A DNA stretch of 64,000 nucleotides from positions 32,001-96,000 of IMG/VR virus record IMGVR_UViG_3300042010_000129; one strand, written 5' to 3'. Below are positions 17,636-26,931 of the stretch, piece by piece (positions within the stretch are counted from its first letter, which is position 1; each line of letters starts with the position of its first letter). The stretch is from a virus (Duplodnaviria; Caudoviricetes). A program made the position numbers and the translations under genes. Under the pieces are notes generated by a model. That model was not told where the DNA came from and made no database searches. It saw only the letters and a program-made list of their open reading frames with translations.

Positions 17636-18652
17636 ATGTCACTAAACCTGACGCAGTTCAAATGGTTTCAGTATGACGAAAAAGCGGCGGAACTGGTTTT
17701 CGATCAGGATCGCCACAACGAAGACTACGTGCTGGAACTTCACCCCGGAAATATCTACGGTGTAAAGAAACGCGCACATGGCATTTTCGTCGTACACAAA
17801 AACAGTCCCGATATTCAGTTCTCGCTGAATGATCAGGAATACACGCGCATCGTTACGCACTCCAAAGGCTGGTCGGGAAAGATCAAACGCCAAGAAGTGA
17901 AAGCGGGCGTCGGTGGACTCGACAAACCAGTAACCGAACTGCCTGCCGGTTGGGTTCGGATGGAAGTCGATAGCTCCAACCTCAACACCGTTATTTACGA
18001 CAAGAAACGAAAAGTTTTGTACGTTGCATTCCACAACGGCGCGTCGTGGGCCTATGAGAATGTTTCGCTGAAAGAATACAAGGAAATGGAAGCCGCTGAA
18101 TCGCGTGGCCGTTTCTTTATTTACCGAATCAAATACGTGAAGCCTCAATACAAACTGGGGAACAACTTCGACCAGCCGCCGTATGACGTTGAGAAAACCA
18201 GTCCGAGTGTAATGCCTGTAAATCCAGCCGAGAAAAATAAACCGGTGGAAGAAAAATCTGTAAAGGAACCTAAGAAGACTGCGAAAAAACCGGCTGAAAA
18301 ACCGGGTCATGTAGCTTTGAAAGTTCCACGCGGCGCACTCGATAACTGGATGGGTTCCGAGGAAGGTTCGTTCGAAGATCACCACGTCGATAACAAACCT
18401 CCGGCCAAACACGTTTACAACCTGCTGAAGAGTGGCAAGATTGAAAGTGAGGAAGATATGTTCTCCCTCCTGAAATCTCTGAAAAACAATTCGCTGGTTT
18501 CCTACGATAAGCGCTCTTTCAACACCGCCGCTAAATCGTTGCTGTCCATTGCCGACCACTATCCGTTCTCGGAAAAAGGTTTGAAGGATTATAAACACGA
18601 CCGTGAACTGATCATGGAAATGATCAAGAAATCCGCACTCCATTTTATGTAG
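17636..18652 (+). CDS. KTSC-domain protein
   Basis: VDSSNLNTVIYD...VLYVAFHNGASWAYENVS...AESRGRFF..RIK. Confidence 0.8.
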   Translation: MSLNLTQFKWFQYDEKAAELVFDQDRHNEDYVLELHPGNIYGVKKRAHGIFVVHKNSPDIQFSLNDQEYTRIVTHSKGWSGKIKRQEVKAGVGGLDKPVTELPAGWVRMEVDSSNLNTVIYDKKRKVLYVAFHNGASWAYENVSLKEYKEMEAAESRGRFFIYRIKYVKPQYKLGNNFDQPPYDVEKTSPSVMPVNPAEKNKPVEEKSVKEPKKTAKKPAEKPGHVALKVPRGALDNWMGSEEGSFEDHHVDNKPPAKHVYNLLKSGKIESEEDMFSLLKSLKNNSLVSYDKRSFNTAAKSLLSIADHYPFSEKGLKDYKHDRELIMEMIKKSALHFM

Positions 18653-18659
18653 GAAGAAA

Positions 18660-19298
18660 ATGCCAATCCTAGCCGATGCACTGGTTGAACCAATCAAAGA
18701 AGACGAAGGCCGTTATTTGCAGATGATTGCAGACGGCGACCTTGAAGAGTCCGAGCCATTTGGTTTTATGGGAATCGGATACAAACTTTACGTGGGCACT
18801 GATCGTTATGTTCCGGGCCTGTCGAATTGTCGGTTGGTCGTCCTGTTCAAAGGCGAAGATTGTGTTTATTCCTGCTATTTCAAAATGGCGGAAAACCAAT
18901 ACTTCGGAAATCGCGTGGTGCAGGTTGAGGTTCGGCAGTCTCCAACGTTGCCGGGCCTTGCACGCTCCATGATGCGCAATTATTTCCTGCGTTTTTATGA
19001 TTCGATTCGCACGGATCTTTCAAGCACACCGCAAGGCCGCAATATGTGGCAGCAATTCTACACGGACTATCGGAAATCCGGTGACGTGTTTTTCTACCAA
19101 GGGTTGGTAAATATCGACCTGCGCAAATCGGACGGGTCGAATAATCAAGATGCATCCTGTCCAGAGGTGGTAACTCACTTGCGCGCCATGCGCAACGCCT
19201 GCACCGTACTGCGTGAAGGGATGTGGCACGACAATAAGCAGGGTAACGTTATTGTTATCTACGCATCCAACAAACCTCTATGGACAAAAGATCAATGA
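18660..19298 (+). CDS. Hypothetical protein, possible GNAT-like fold
   Basis: GLARSMM...IRTDLSSTPQGRNMW resembles the G+A..+Y...SD..QT..G..+W pattern. Confidence 0.55.
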   Translation: MPILADALVEPIKEDEGRYLQMIADGDLEESEPFGFMGIGYKLYVGTDRYVPGLSNCRLVVLFKGEDCVYSCYFKMAENQYFGNRVVQVEVRQSPTLPGLARSMMRNYFLRFYDSIRTDLSSTPQGRNMWQQFYTDYRKSGDVFFYQGLVNIDLRKSDGSNNQDASCPEVVTHLRAMRNACTVLREGMWHDNKQGNVIVIYASNKPLWTKDQ

Positions 19299-21235
19299 AA
19301 CTACGAAAAACGAACCGGGTTCCAATCGGTCAAGCGCCTGCTAATCGCGCCCCGCAAGCGATGGGTACTGCAAAGCAGTATTACCCGAAAACCAATCAGC
19401 AAAAGATCGACGATTATCTGGCAACGGCAGGCAGCGGCGGCAACGCGCAAATGTCTCAGATGCCTATCGAAATCGACATTGATCCGATGTTGAAAGATAT
19501 CGTGTTTTCCGAAGACCTTGAACAGAAAAAACTGGTCATGCGGATTTACACGGACATGTATTACAACGATTCCATCGGCGGTTCCATTGTCGATATCAAA
19601 TCGCAGCTGATGTTCTCCGACTTCACCATTTCCGGAATCATGGATCGCCGGGTGATGGATGATTTTATGGAAAACGTGGATCGTCTGGATATCCGCAACC
19701 TGATGCCCGACGTGGCAATCGACTACAACGTAAAAGGCGGTTTCATCGGATCGCTTTTGTACAACGAAAAATCGCAAGTGTTCTCGCGGATCATGCCGCA
19801 CGCTTACGAAAACACAAAGATCGACATGCTGCCTTTCCACGGCACCGATCCGCTGATCACTGTAGCGTTTCCCGAATACATCCGGGCGACCATGGCTTCC
19901 GATAGTCCGCGTGTAAAAGCACTGCGTGAATTCCTCGGCGCCGACGTGATGAAACAGCTTTCGAACGAAGCGCTGGAACTCGACCAGAAATCCACCGTTT
20001 ACGTTCCGCGCCGTTCTGGTTCCAGTTCAACCGGCACCAGTTATTATCGTCGAATCATGCCGTGGTATTTGCTGGAGAAAAACCTTTTCCGTGGCACGTT
20101 GGTACGAAGTGCAATGCGTCAAAAAGGTATTCTGCACGTAACGCTTGACGGCGCTGGCGAATGGGAACCGACACTGGCCGACATGCAGGCCGTGATGGAT
20201 ATGTTCATGAACGCCGATGCTGACCCGGTAGGCGCCGTGGTTGCAACGCGTGGCGGTATTTCCACTGAGGAAATTCGTGACCCACAAGGCGGTTGGACAA
20301 TCTTCGATAACAAAGACGCAATCGACTCGATTAAAATGAAAGCACTCGGAATTTCCGATGCATTCCTTTCGGGTGACGCGACTTATGCAAACGGCGATAC
20401 TTCGACCAGTTTCTTTATCGACGCAATTCGTACTGAACGTGATTGGCTGACCCGCAAGACTTTGTACAGCCGCATTTTCCCGATGATTTCCGCGTTGAAA
20501 GGCTACACGCTGAACCGCGACGGCAAATTGATTACTCGCGGTAACAGCCTCGACAAACTCGATCCAATGGGCAGCTTCGAACGACTCAACGACGGCACCC
20601 GTCTTTTGATTCCGACGATCCATTGGGAAAAGACTTTGCAGCCGGAAGGCGATCAGCAATACATGGATATGCTGCAAGCCATGTCGGATAAAGGCGTACC
20701 TGTTCCACTGCGCGTTATGGCGGCGGCTGGTGGCCTGAACCTTGACCGTTTGTTGGCCGGTCAGGATTCCGATTTGTTGGCGCAAGAATCGCTTTATCAA
20801 TACCAAAAGAAAATCAAAGATTTGAAAAAGAAATACGGTATTGATGACGCTGGCGATATGGGCGGCGGTGGCATGGGCGGTGGCGGTTTCGCTTCTACTG
20901 CATCCAGCTACGATCAGCAATTGATGCACATGGCCCGCACTAATCCCGGTTTGTTCGAAGCATTCCGCGCACAGGCACAATCCATTTATAACCAGAACCT
21001 CGACAATACGCATTCCGATGTATTGGCCCGCAACAATGGTCAAATCGTTGGTTTGGCGAATCGCCAATTCGGTGAAATGGGCGATGCTTACGGCTATTCG
21101 CATGACGGTAAAAAGAAACATTTGACCAATCAAAAGTTGGCGAAAGAACGTCAGAACGAAAAGATCGTTAAATTCCTTCGGGATCGTGATGCTCGTACCG
21201 GCGTCGGTGCAAAGCGTTCGCGCACTCGTTTGTAA
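19295..21235 (+). CDS. Probable portal protein
   Basis: About 645 aa, downstream of terminase, IYTDMYYNDSIGGSIVD pattern; inferred from synteny and size. Confidence 0.6.
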   Translation: MKLRKTNRVPIGQAPANRAPQAMGTAKQYYPKTNQQKIDDYLATAGSGGNAQMSQMPIEIDIDPMLKDIVFSEDLEQKKLVMRIYTDMYYNDSIGGSIVDIKSQLMFSDFTISGIMDRRVMDDFMENVDRLDIRNLMPDVAIDYNVKGGFIGSLLYNEKSQVFSRIMPHAYENTKIDMLPFHGTDPLITVAFPEYIRATMASDSPRVKALREFLGADVMKQLSNEALELDQKSTVYVPRRSGSSSTGTSYYRRIMPWYLLEKNLFRGTLVRSAMRQKGILHVTLDGAGEWEPTLADMQAVMDMFMNADADPVGAVVATRGGISTEEIRDPQGGWTIFDNKDAIDSIKMKALGISDAFLSGDATYANGDTSTSFFIDAIRTERDWLTRKTLYSRIFPMISALKGYTLNRDGKLITRGNSLDKLDPMGSFERLNDGTRLLIPTIHWEKTLQPEGDQQYMDMLQAMSDKGVPVPLRVMAAAGGLNLDRLLAGQDSDLLAQESLYQYQKKIKDLKKKYGIDDAGDMGGGGMGGGGFASTASSYDQQLMHMARTNPGLFEAFRAQAQSIYNQNLDNTHSDVLARNNGQIVGLANRQFGEMGDAYGYSHDGKKKHLTNQKLAKERQNEKIVKFLRDRDARTGVGAKRSRTRL

Positions 21236-21256
21236 TTTATTCATAGCAGCCAAAAA

Positions 21257-21265
21257 CTGTAAATA
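21257..21265 (+). promoter_or_regulatory. CTGTAAATA candidate promoter driving the ncRNA
   Basis: Ends 5 nt before the 5' arm of the long hairpin. Confidence 0.6.
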
Positions 21266-21269
21266 ATGT

Positions 21270-21480
21270 ACAAGGAGTTGAGAAACGTTCGACACTAGCC
21301 AGACCAAAGGGTTGGGGATCGGGTAACGACGCTACGGGCTTAGCTGGCCATTACATGATAGTCGTTGCCCACTTGACCGATAATGATATGTGGAACGTTC
21401 TCTCAATTTCTCCTTTGTTCAGGCAAAGGTGGTACAACCCAACCGCGCCCTGTGAGCAATTGCACGGCGCGGTTTTTTCG
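21270..21480 (+). ncRNA. Candidate 6S-like noncoding RNA
   Basis: 21270-21295 pairs with 21390-21418; unpaired bubble 21296-21309 / 21379-21389; inner stem 21321-21330 / 21361-21370; bounded by promoter motif and terminator. Confidence 0.55.
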
Positions 21481-21483
21481 TTT
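21441..21483 (+). terminator. Rho-independent terminator
   Basis: AACCGCGCC/GGCGCGGTT stem running into a T tract. Confidence 0.75.
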
Positions 21484-21496
21484 CTGGAGCCGAAAT

Positions 21497-21796
21497 ATGT
21501 GGGACGAATTAACATACGAAGAACAACTGAATTTTCTGATTGAATTGTGCGGAACATCTAGCGGATATCCGACGATTGATCACGAACTGGTTTTCCTGTG
21601 CGAAGCGGTATTGAATACCAAACAGCGCCGGGAATACGTGGATCATATGAGCGGCACAATTGCCGATCACACCTATCGCCGGATTGATCCTGAACACCCG
21701 GACGCCGCGACTCAGTATTACTTCAACATGATGCACGCTGCTGTTGAATTGCGTGCGAAAATGATTTGGTGCGCTGCGACAGGAAATCAACCGTAA
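21497..21796 (+). CDS. Hypothetical protein
   Basis: GGAG SD before ATG 21497 (MWDELTY); stop coupled to the gp5-like gene. Confidence 0.7.
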   Translation: MWDELTYEEQLNFLIELCGTSSGYPTIDHELVFLCEAVLNTKQRREYVDHMSGTIADHTYRRIDPEHPDAATQYYFNMMHAAVELRAKMIWCAATGNQP

Positions 21797-22572
21797 TGGC
21801 TGGTTCACCGCTTAACTCGACAAAGCATTTGCAACGGCAGGGCCTCGATTCGAAAATCATTCACGCGGGCGTTGTGGTTGATAACCTCGACCCACGAAAG
21901 AATGGCCGCGTGCGTGTGCGTATTCCCGGTATCTTTCCGGATGCAATCCCCGACAATCATTTGCCGTGGGCGTTGCCAATGAATCAGGACTACGCCACCG
22001 ACGACGATAAGCCTACGCGTTCCGGTTTTATCAACGTTCCGCCAGTCGGTGCAAAGGTTGGCGTTCGCTTTCCTAAAGGCGATCCGCACAAGCCGGAATT
22101 AGCGCCATATCCCGGTGATAAAAAGACGATTTCTTCGATTGCAAATACCAACTATCCGTTCCGCATGGTTATGGAATTGGAGAACGGTTGTGCAATTGTG
22201 GCCGACAAGAAAACGAACGAAGTATTCGTCACCAATCCGGGCGATGCTCACTTTGTTTTCCTCGGTGATTACAGCAAAACAATCGTTGGTTCCTGCACCG
22301 AAATCATCACTGGTTCGAAAGGCGATGTGCCCGGTTATTTGACCAATGCCAGCAATACCAAAATCAGCGAGATTCAAGAAAAGTCGGCTGGTGGTGTGAG
22401 CAAAGGCAAAGGCAATAAATTCGAAAAGATTACCGGCAATTACACGCTGGAAATCGGCGGCAATCGCATCGTAAAAGTGAACGGCAATGATCAATTAACT
22501 GTTGGCCGTAACCGTGATGAAAAGGTCGGCGGCAACCACAAAATTCAATCCTCCCGTTCTGATACGAACTGA
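21796..22572 (+). CDS. Baseplate hub/central spike gp5-like protein (OB fold plus beta-helix, no lysozyme)
   Basis: GVVVDNLDP..NGRVRVRIPG..LPWA..PPVGAKV.V.F.KGDP; C-terminal (I/V)GGN repeats. Confidence 0.85.
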   Translation: MAGSPLNSTKHLQRQGLDSKIIHAGVVVDNLDPRKNGRVRVRIPGIFPDAIPDNHLPWALPMNQDYATDDDKPTRSGFINVPPVGAKVGVRFPKGDPHKPELAPYPGDKKTISSIANTNYPFRMVMELENGCAIVADKKTNEVFVTNPGDAHFVFLGDYSKTIVGSCTEIITGSKGDVPGYLTNASNTKISEIQEKSAGGVSKGKGNKFEKITGNYTLEIGGNRIVKVNGNDQLTVGRNRDEKVGGNHKIQSSRSDTN

Positions 22573-22580
22573 GGCCCACT

Positions 22581-23201
22581 ATGCCAACACCAATTGCTTC
22601 GCGATTCACGCGCACAGGCGATACCTACCTGCTGGAAGATACCGATCTGGCCGGTGGTTATCGCAGCGTTTCAACAATTGCAGCACGCGACAATATTCCG
22701 CTTAGCGCCCGGCGTATCGGCATGGCCGTTTATTGTGTTGCGGATAAAACCGAATATTTGCTGCTGAATGCATTGACCAATGCAAGCTGGGCACAACGCC
22801 CGTTGTTCAGCGGTAAGGCCCACGCAATCGCACAGGTTGTGGCGGTTGATCCGTTGCAACAATACACGCCGCTGACGTTTGAGCAATACGCAATGGCAAA
22901 GGTGCGCGAATGGTTTAACGGCCTGCCGTCTGCTAATCGCGTACTGAATAAACCGATCTATTATTTCAAGATCGTTTGCGGAACCGGCACCGCTTCGCTG
23001 GCAGCAGGAACCATTCTCCCGCCGCCCGCTGAATACATCGGTGACGCGACTTTCATTTACGACAATGCTGCCAATACGCTCCCGGTAATTCTGGATAACG
23101 CGGCATTGGTTTGTATTTCGAAAACGTTGGTGCCACTCGGTGACGCAGTAATTCGAGCGATGGACGAATACGCAGACCGTAAAGCATCGGAGGCCCCGTA
23201 A
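22581..23201 (+). CDS. Virion/tail-associated protein
   Basis: N-terminal DTDL.GG+R.V..I..RD.IPL.AR..GM module shared with 23739. Confidence 0.65.
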   Translation: MPTPIASRFTRTGDTYLLEDTDLAGGYRSVSTIAARDNIPLSARRIGMAVYCVADKTEYLLLNALTNASWAQRPLFSGKAHAIAQVVAVDPLQQYTPLTFEQYAMAKVREWFNGLPSANRVLNKPIYYFKIVCGTGTASLAAGTILPPPAEYIGDATFIYDNAANTLPVILDNAALVCISKTLVPLGDAVIRAMDEYADRKASEAP

Positions 23202-23380
23202 TGGCAAACGTTGAATACACGCGCACGTTTCTTTCTGGTGAATTGCTGGCAGGTAATCGCCGCTCTGATCCCCATGGCGTGCGTTGGATTAAAGAACCTA
23301 TTCCGGCACAACAAAAACACAAAATGACTCGGCAGGTTGGGCGTTACCTTTCTGATGACCCATCAACCTATTTGAAATAA
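23201..23380 (+). CDS. Small hypothetical protein (59 aa, not in ORF track)
   Basis: MANVEYTRTFLSGELLAGNRRSDPHGVRWIKEP...YLK; GGAGG SD, TAATG coupling. Confidence 0.65.
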   Translation: MANVEYTRTFLSGELLAGNRRSDPHGVRWIKEPIPAQQKHKMTRQVGRYLSDDPSTYLK

Positions 23381-23408
23381 CCCACTTAATCGTGGGTTTT
23401 TGTGTTTT
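23379..23408 (+). terminator. Rho-independent terminator
   Basis: AACCCAC/GTGGGTT stem followed by TTTGTGTTTT. Confidence 0.7.
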
Positions 23409-23431
23409 CCCGCTAATTTAATGGTAAGTTT

Positions 23432-23749
23432 ATGACAAAACTATTCGAACCACGTGTGCTTGGTGCAGGCATTACAATTGAGGAAAAGCCAACGCAGCCA
23501 AACCATGGCGCTCGGCTGGTGGACGTTCAGAGCTATGCCACGATTACGAAGGCGACACTGACCAACGTATTGCAAGTGGATATCCCTGTTCGTTCTCCTG
23601 ATTATATTGTTCAGTGTTTCGATCAAACGAAGCAAATCATTTATCCGGATAGTGTCCAAGAAGTCGGGGAGAATATCGAGGTGAAATTCCTTGAACCTCA
23701 ATCTGGCGAAGTAAGGGTGCTGTTCGTCGGAGGCGACAGTGGCGACTAA
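23432..23749 (+). CDS. Small beta-rich virion-type protein
   Basis: YIVQCFD...IIYPDSV..VGENIEVKF..PQSGEVRV resembles phage structural beta modules. Confidence 0.6.
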   Translation: MTKLFEPRVLGAGITIEEKPTQPNHGARLVDVQSYATITKATLTNVLQVDIPVRSPDYIVQCFDQTKQIIYPDSVQEVGENIEVKFLEPQSGEVRVLFVGGDSGD

Positions 23750-24566
23750 TATTTCGCAGCGGTTTGTAAAAACGGGTGACTTTTACCTGTTGGTGGATAC
23801 TGACCTTCGCGGTGGTTTCCGGATTGTAAGCAGCATCGTAGAACGTGACGCAATTCCACTCGCAGCCCGTAAACAGGGCATGATGGTTCGCGTTATTGAA
23901 GCAACAGGAATTACCAACTGGGAACTGGGTCACGGCAAACCGATTACCAACGCCGGTTGGGTAGAAGCCAGTCTCGGTGGCGGCGGGGATTATATTCCAA
24001 TTGCTGGCGGGCCGTTGGAAGGCGAAATCAAAGCGAACGAATTCGGTTCGATCAATTTCAATGACACGTTGAAAATGGAATCGCTTGACGGGAATTTGCA
24101 GATGACGCGAATGACCCCGCAGGCCGTTGATGATCCGGAACCGCGTGGCATGTTGACCTTCAACAACGGTACGGAAAACACCGTTGAAATCAATACCGAA
24201 ATCGGCCAAATGGTTTGCAAAACCGAAGTGGCGCTGTCGTCTGATCGCACACTGAAAACCGAAATCACGCGTATTGAAGGCGCGGTGAAAAAGATTCGCC
24301 GTTTGTATGGTTACACGTTCAAGAAAGTCGGTGCCGGTAATCGCCTGTTCATGGGCCTGATTGCGCAGGAAGTAAAACAGATTATGCCGGAAGCCGTGAC
24401 CAACACCACGGACGGCAAACTGGCGGTGTTCTACGGATCGCTGGCTGGTGTATTTGTCGAAGCCTTCCACGAAATCGACGACCGCCTGAAAGCAATCGAA
24501 AAATCGGTTGAAGAAATTCGTTTGCATCTTGACCTCGATAAGAGCGACGAAAGCGATGGGGTGTGA
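23739..24566 (+). CDS. Tail fibre/spike protein with C-terminal Peptidase_S74 intramolecular chaperone
   Basis: SSDRTLK...LYGYTF...GLIAQEV..IMPEAV...V.Y..L..V.VEA. Confidence 0.85.
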   Translation: MATNISQRFVKTGDFYLLVDTDLRGGFRIVSSIVERDAIPLAARKQGMMVRVIEATGITNWELGHGKPITNAGWVEASLGGGGDYIPIAGGPLEGEIKANEFGSINFNDTLKMESLDGNLQMTRMTPQAVDDPEPRGMLTFNNGTENTVEINTEIGQMVCKTEVALSSDRTLKTEITRIEGAVKKIRRLYGYTFKKVGAGNRLFMGLIAQEVKQIMPEAVTNTTDGKLAVFYGSLAGVFVEAFHEIDDRLKAIEKSVEEIRLHLDLDKSDESDGV

Positions 24567-25014
24567 ATACGGCCCCAGCCCAATTTTTACGGTCGTTGCT
24601 TCGGAGATTCCTAACTCGGGCAAACGACCAGACACACCGAAACCAGAAATAAACGAAGTGGGCGAATCGGCTTGCGTTACCGGGCTTTCCAGTCTGGCAC
24701 AGCGCCTGACACAGGATATTCTTGTGGCCCATGAGCGCGTGCATTACGGATTTCCAATGCCGCAATTTCTTTTGCTCGCCCATGAATCGGAATTCGATCA
24801 TCCAGACTTGGCGATTGCGCAGCAGCTGCACCAATATGTGGAATTTCGGGATATCACAATCGGTTATCCGCTGTCGATCAATGCATATTTGTATATCACT
24901 GATCCAGCGGCCTACGGATTGCCACGCGGCTTAACTGAGGAAGAGGTACTGAATAGTTTTCTTCGGAATTCTGTGCGGATTACCTACATCGTCAAGAATA
25001 CGGATTTAAAATAA
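24556..25014 (+). CDS. Hypothetical protein
   Basis: ATG 24556; stop coupled to the sprT-like gene. Confidence 0.6.
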   Translation: MGCEYGPSPIFTVVASEIPNSGKRPDTPKPEINEVGESACVTGLSSLAQRLTQDILVAHERVHYGFPMPQFLLLAHESEFDHPDLAIAQQLHQYVEFRDITIGYPLSINAYLYITDPAAYGLPRGLTEEEVLNSFLRNSVRITYIVKNTDLK

Positions 25015-26339
25015 TGGCAAACTATCGCTACATGGGTGAGCGTGACCTCGAATACACGGACGCCAGCGACGAATACGATCTGCATTTTGTGCAAGGTGAT
25101 TTGTTCACCATGTACCGCCACGGGCAGGTCTACATCGTTCAGCATTCCGACGCACCTGAAGTTATTTTCAAACTGAAATTGAAGCAGGGTAACGACCTGC
25201 ATAACATGAGCGAAGAGCTTTTGTCGGTCGAAACCGATCCGGACAATCCGCCGTACATGTTGTTCAAACCGTCGTTCGAAATGATGCCGTTGCTGTACGA
25301 TTATTTCAACCGCACTTATTTCAACGGCGAATGCCCGGTTGTGAAATTCCGCAAGACCACGAAAAGCAGTGTGTGGGGTATGGCGCAGCTGGAATGGCTC
25401 CGCAATAAACCGGTCTACACGTTCTTCGTGAACGAAAGTGCAATGATCGACCGCGTGTTGTTTTCGAACACCGTTCTGCACGAACAGATTCACCTTCGTA
25501 ACTTCGCGAAGGGTTACAAACTGATGGACATTGATCCAAGTTCGTCGAAAGATTATTTGCACGATGACCACGGCCCACATTTCCAAGACGAAATGCGCCG
25601 CCTGAATGCAAAAGGTTTCCACATTCTGCTGGCCGCAACGCACGAAGAATTCAAACGTGATGCATCGGAAGAATTCTACGCAATCGTTGCGCAGGAAACA
25701 GCCGGTGGGCGTGTGCTGTCGTGGAACGCGTGGTACACGGCGAAAGAACTTACCGCCGATGACACCGAACGTCTAGCCGGGCAGTTGAAGGAAATCAACC
25801 CGCATGCGGAATACACGATTAAACTGATCAAGACAAAAGATCGGAACGTGACGCACGCGAACCACATCAAAGGCACGAAAACGTTTACCGATTCGACGTT
25901 GAAAAAGAAAATCCAAGGCGATATCGACCTGAAGAACGCAGAGGTTTTGTACACGACCTATTTGCGTCCGTCGATTGCTGTGGAATTGCCTGATTACAAA
26001 GACGTGCCGGATCTGTACGCGTTGCCGCTGGAAAACTTCTACCGTTCCATGCGTAGCTACACCGATGACCGAATGGTGTTGCGCGCAAAATGGATGAAGT
26101 TTCCGGGCAAGCTTTTGAGTTCCCAAATCGACAAGAAGTTCAGCACCTTGATTGGTCGCATGGGCCGGGATTCGATCCACGACGATGATGTGGTAAACAT
26201 CTTGAACGATATCCGCGCAGCGTATGCGGATCGTTTTTCGTACCAACAATATGTGGACGCCATGCATGCGTTCATCAAGAAATATGATCGCAAAGGCCTG
26301 CTTGCAGAGTACGCCAAAATTATGCGACTGATTGCGTGA
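25014..26339 (+). CDS. SprT-like zinc metalloprotease
   Basis: LYDYFNRTYFNG...TVLHEQIH...HGPHFQ (HExxH plus a distal His). Confidence 0.8.
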   Translation: MANYRYMGERDLEYTDASDEYDLHFVQGDLFTMYRHGQVYIVQHSDAPEVIFKLKLKQGNDLHNMSEELLSVETDPDNPPYMLFKPSFEMMPLLYDYFNRTYFNGECPVVKFRKTTKSSVWGMAQLEWLRNKPVYTFFVNESAMIDRVLFSNTVLHEQIHLRNFAKGYKLMDIDPSSSKDYLHDDHGPHFQDEMRRLNAKGFHILLAATHEEFKRDASEEFYAIVAQETAGGRVLSWNAWYTAKELTADDTERLAGQLKEINPHAEYTIKLIKTKDRNVTHANHIKGTKTFTDSTLKKKIQGDIDLKNAEVLYTTYLRPSIAVELPDYKDVPDLYALPLENFYRSMRSYTDDRMVLRAKWMKFPGKLLSSQIDKKFSTLIGRMGRDSIHDDDVVNILNDIRAAYADRFSYQQYVDAMHAFIKKYDRKGLLAEYAKIMRLIA

Positions 26340-26355
26340 TAAAAGGGGATTGACG

Positions 26356-26931
26356 GTGGCTTACACAAAGCGACGTAGAAGCAGCACGAAACAATCGCGT
26401 GCCAAAAAGGCATACGAAAAGAAAACAGCCCTTCCGGAAACAACAGTGAAAATGTCACGCAGTGATATCACCAGCGCATTGATGCAGGCGCTGACTTATT
26501 ACTACGTGAAGAAAACCTGTTCGGTTCACAAAGAAGTGGGCGTGGTGCCGTGGGGCCGGTCGCGACTGGATGCATTGGTTATCGACTATCCCGGCAATTT
26601 CCACGGGGTTGAAATCAAAAGCTGCTTGGCAGATTTCCGCGCTGATAAAAAATGGCGTGATTATTTGCCACACGTGAACAAGATGTATTTCTTGTTCGCA
26701 CCGTCAATCACCCAATCGCGGTGCTATCCGGAAATTCGCGCAGAACTGAAAGCAGAGGGTGTGGGCATTCTGGTTCTGAGCGAAACCACCGGGCGCATTT
26801 CGTGCAGTCAGAAAGCGAAGCATCGGCCTGTCGCAATCACTGCAAAGTATCGCATGTATCGCAAACTGGCTTGGCTCGCGGGTGACGCTAAGCACACCAT
26901 TACCAGAACGCAGCGGGTGTTTTTGAAATGA
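26356..26931 (+). CDS. MmcB-like PD-(D/E)xK nuclease
   Basis: RLDAL...GVEIKSCLADFRADKKWRDYL..V.KMYF. Confidence 0.75.
   Translation: MAYTKRRRSSTKQSRAKKAYEKKTALPETTVKMSRSDITSALMQALTYYYVKKTCSVHKEVGVVPWGRSRLDALVIDYPGNFHGVEIKSCLADFRADKKWRDYLPHVNKMYFLFAPSITQSRCYPEIRAELKAEGVGILVLSETTGRISCSQKAKHRPVAITAKYRMYRKLAWLAGDAKHTITRTQRVFLK

Noticed and set aside
21351-21557. Short ORFs (21355 +, 21351 -, and the 21383 extension) over the candidate ncRNA
   Set aside because: No SD for these starts, and the plus-strand ones cross the terminator. The AAGGAG at 21272 is paired in the stem and directly abuts a 6-codon TTG ORF.
23265-23285. Possible frameshift in the small ORF at 23201
   Set aside because: On re-reading, GAT CCC CAT is in frame and gives an intact 59-aa ORF.
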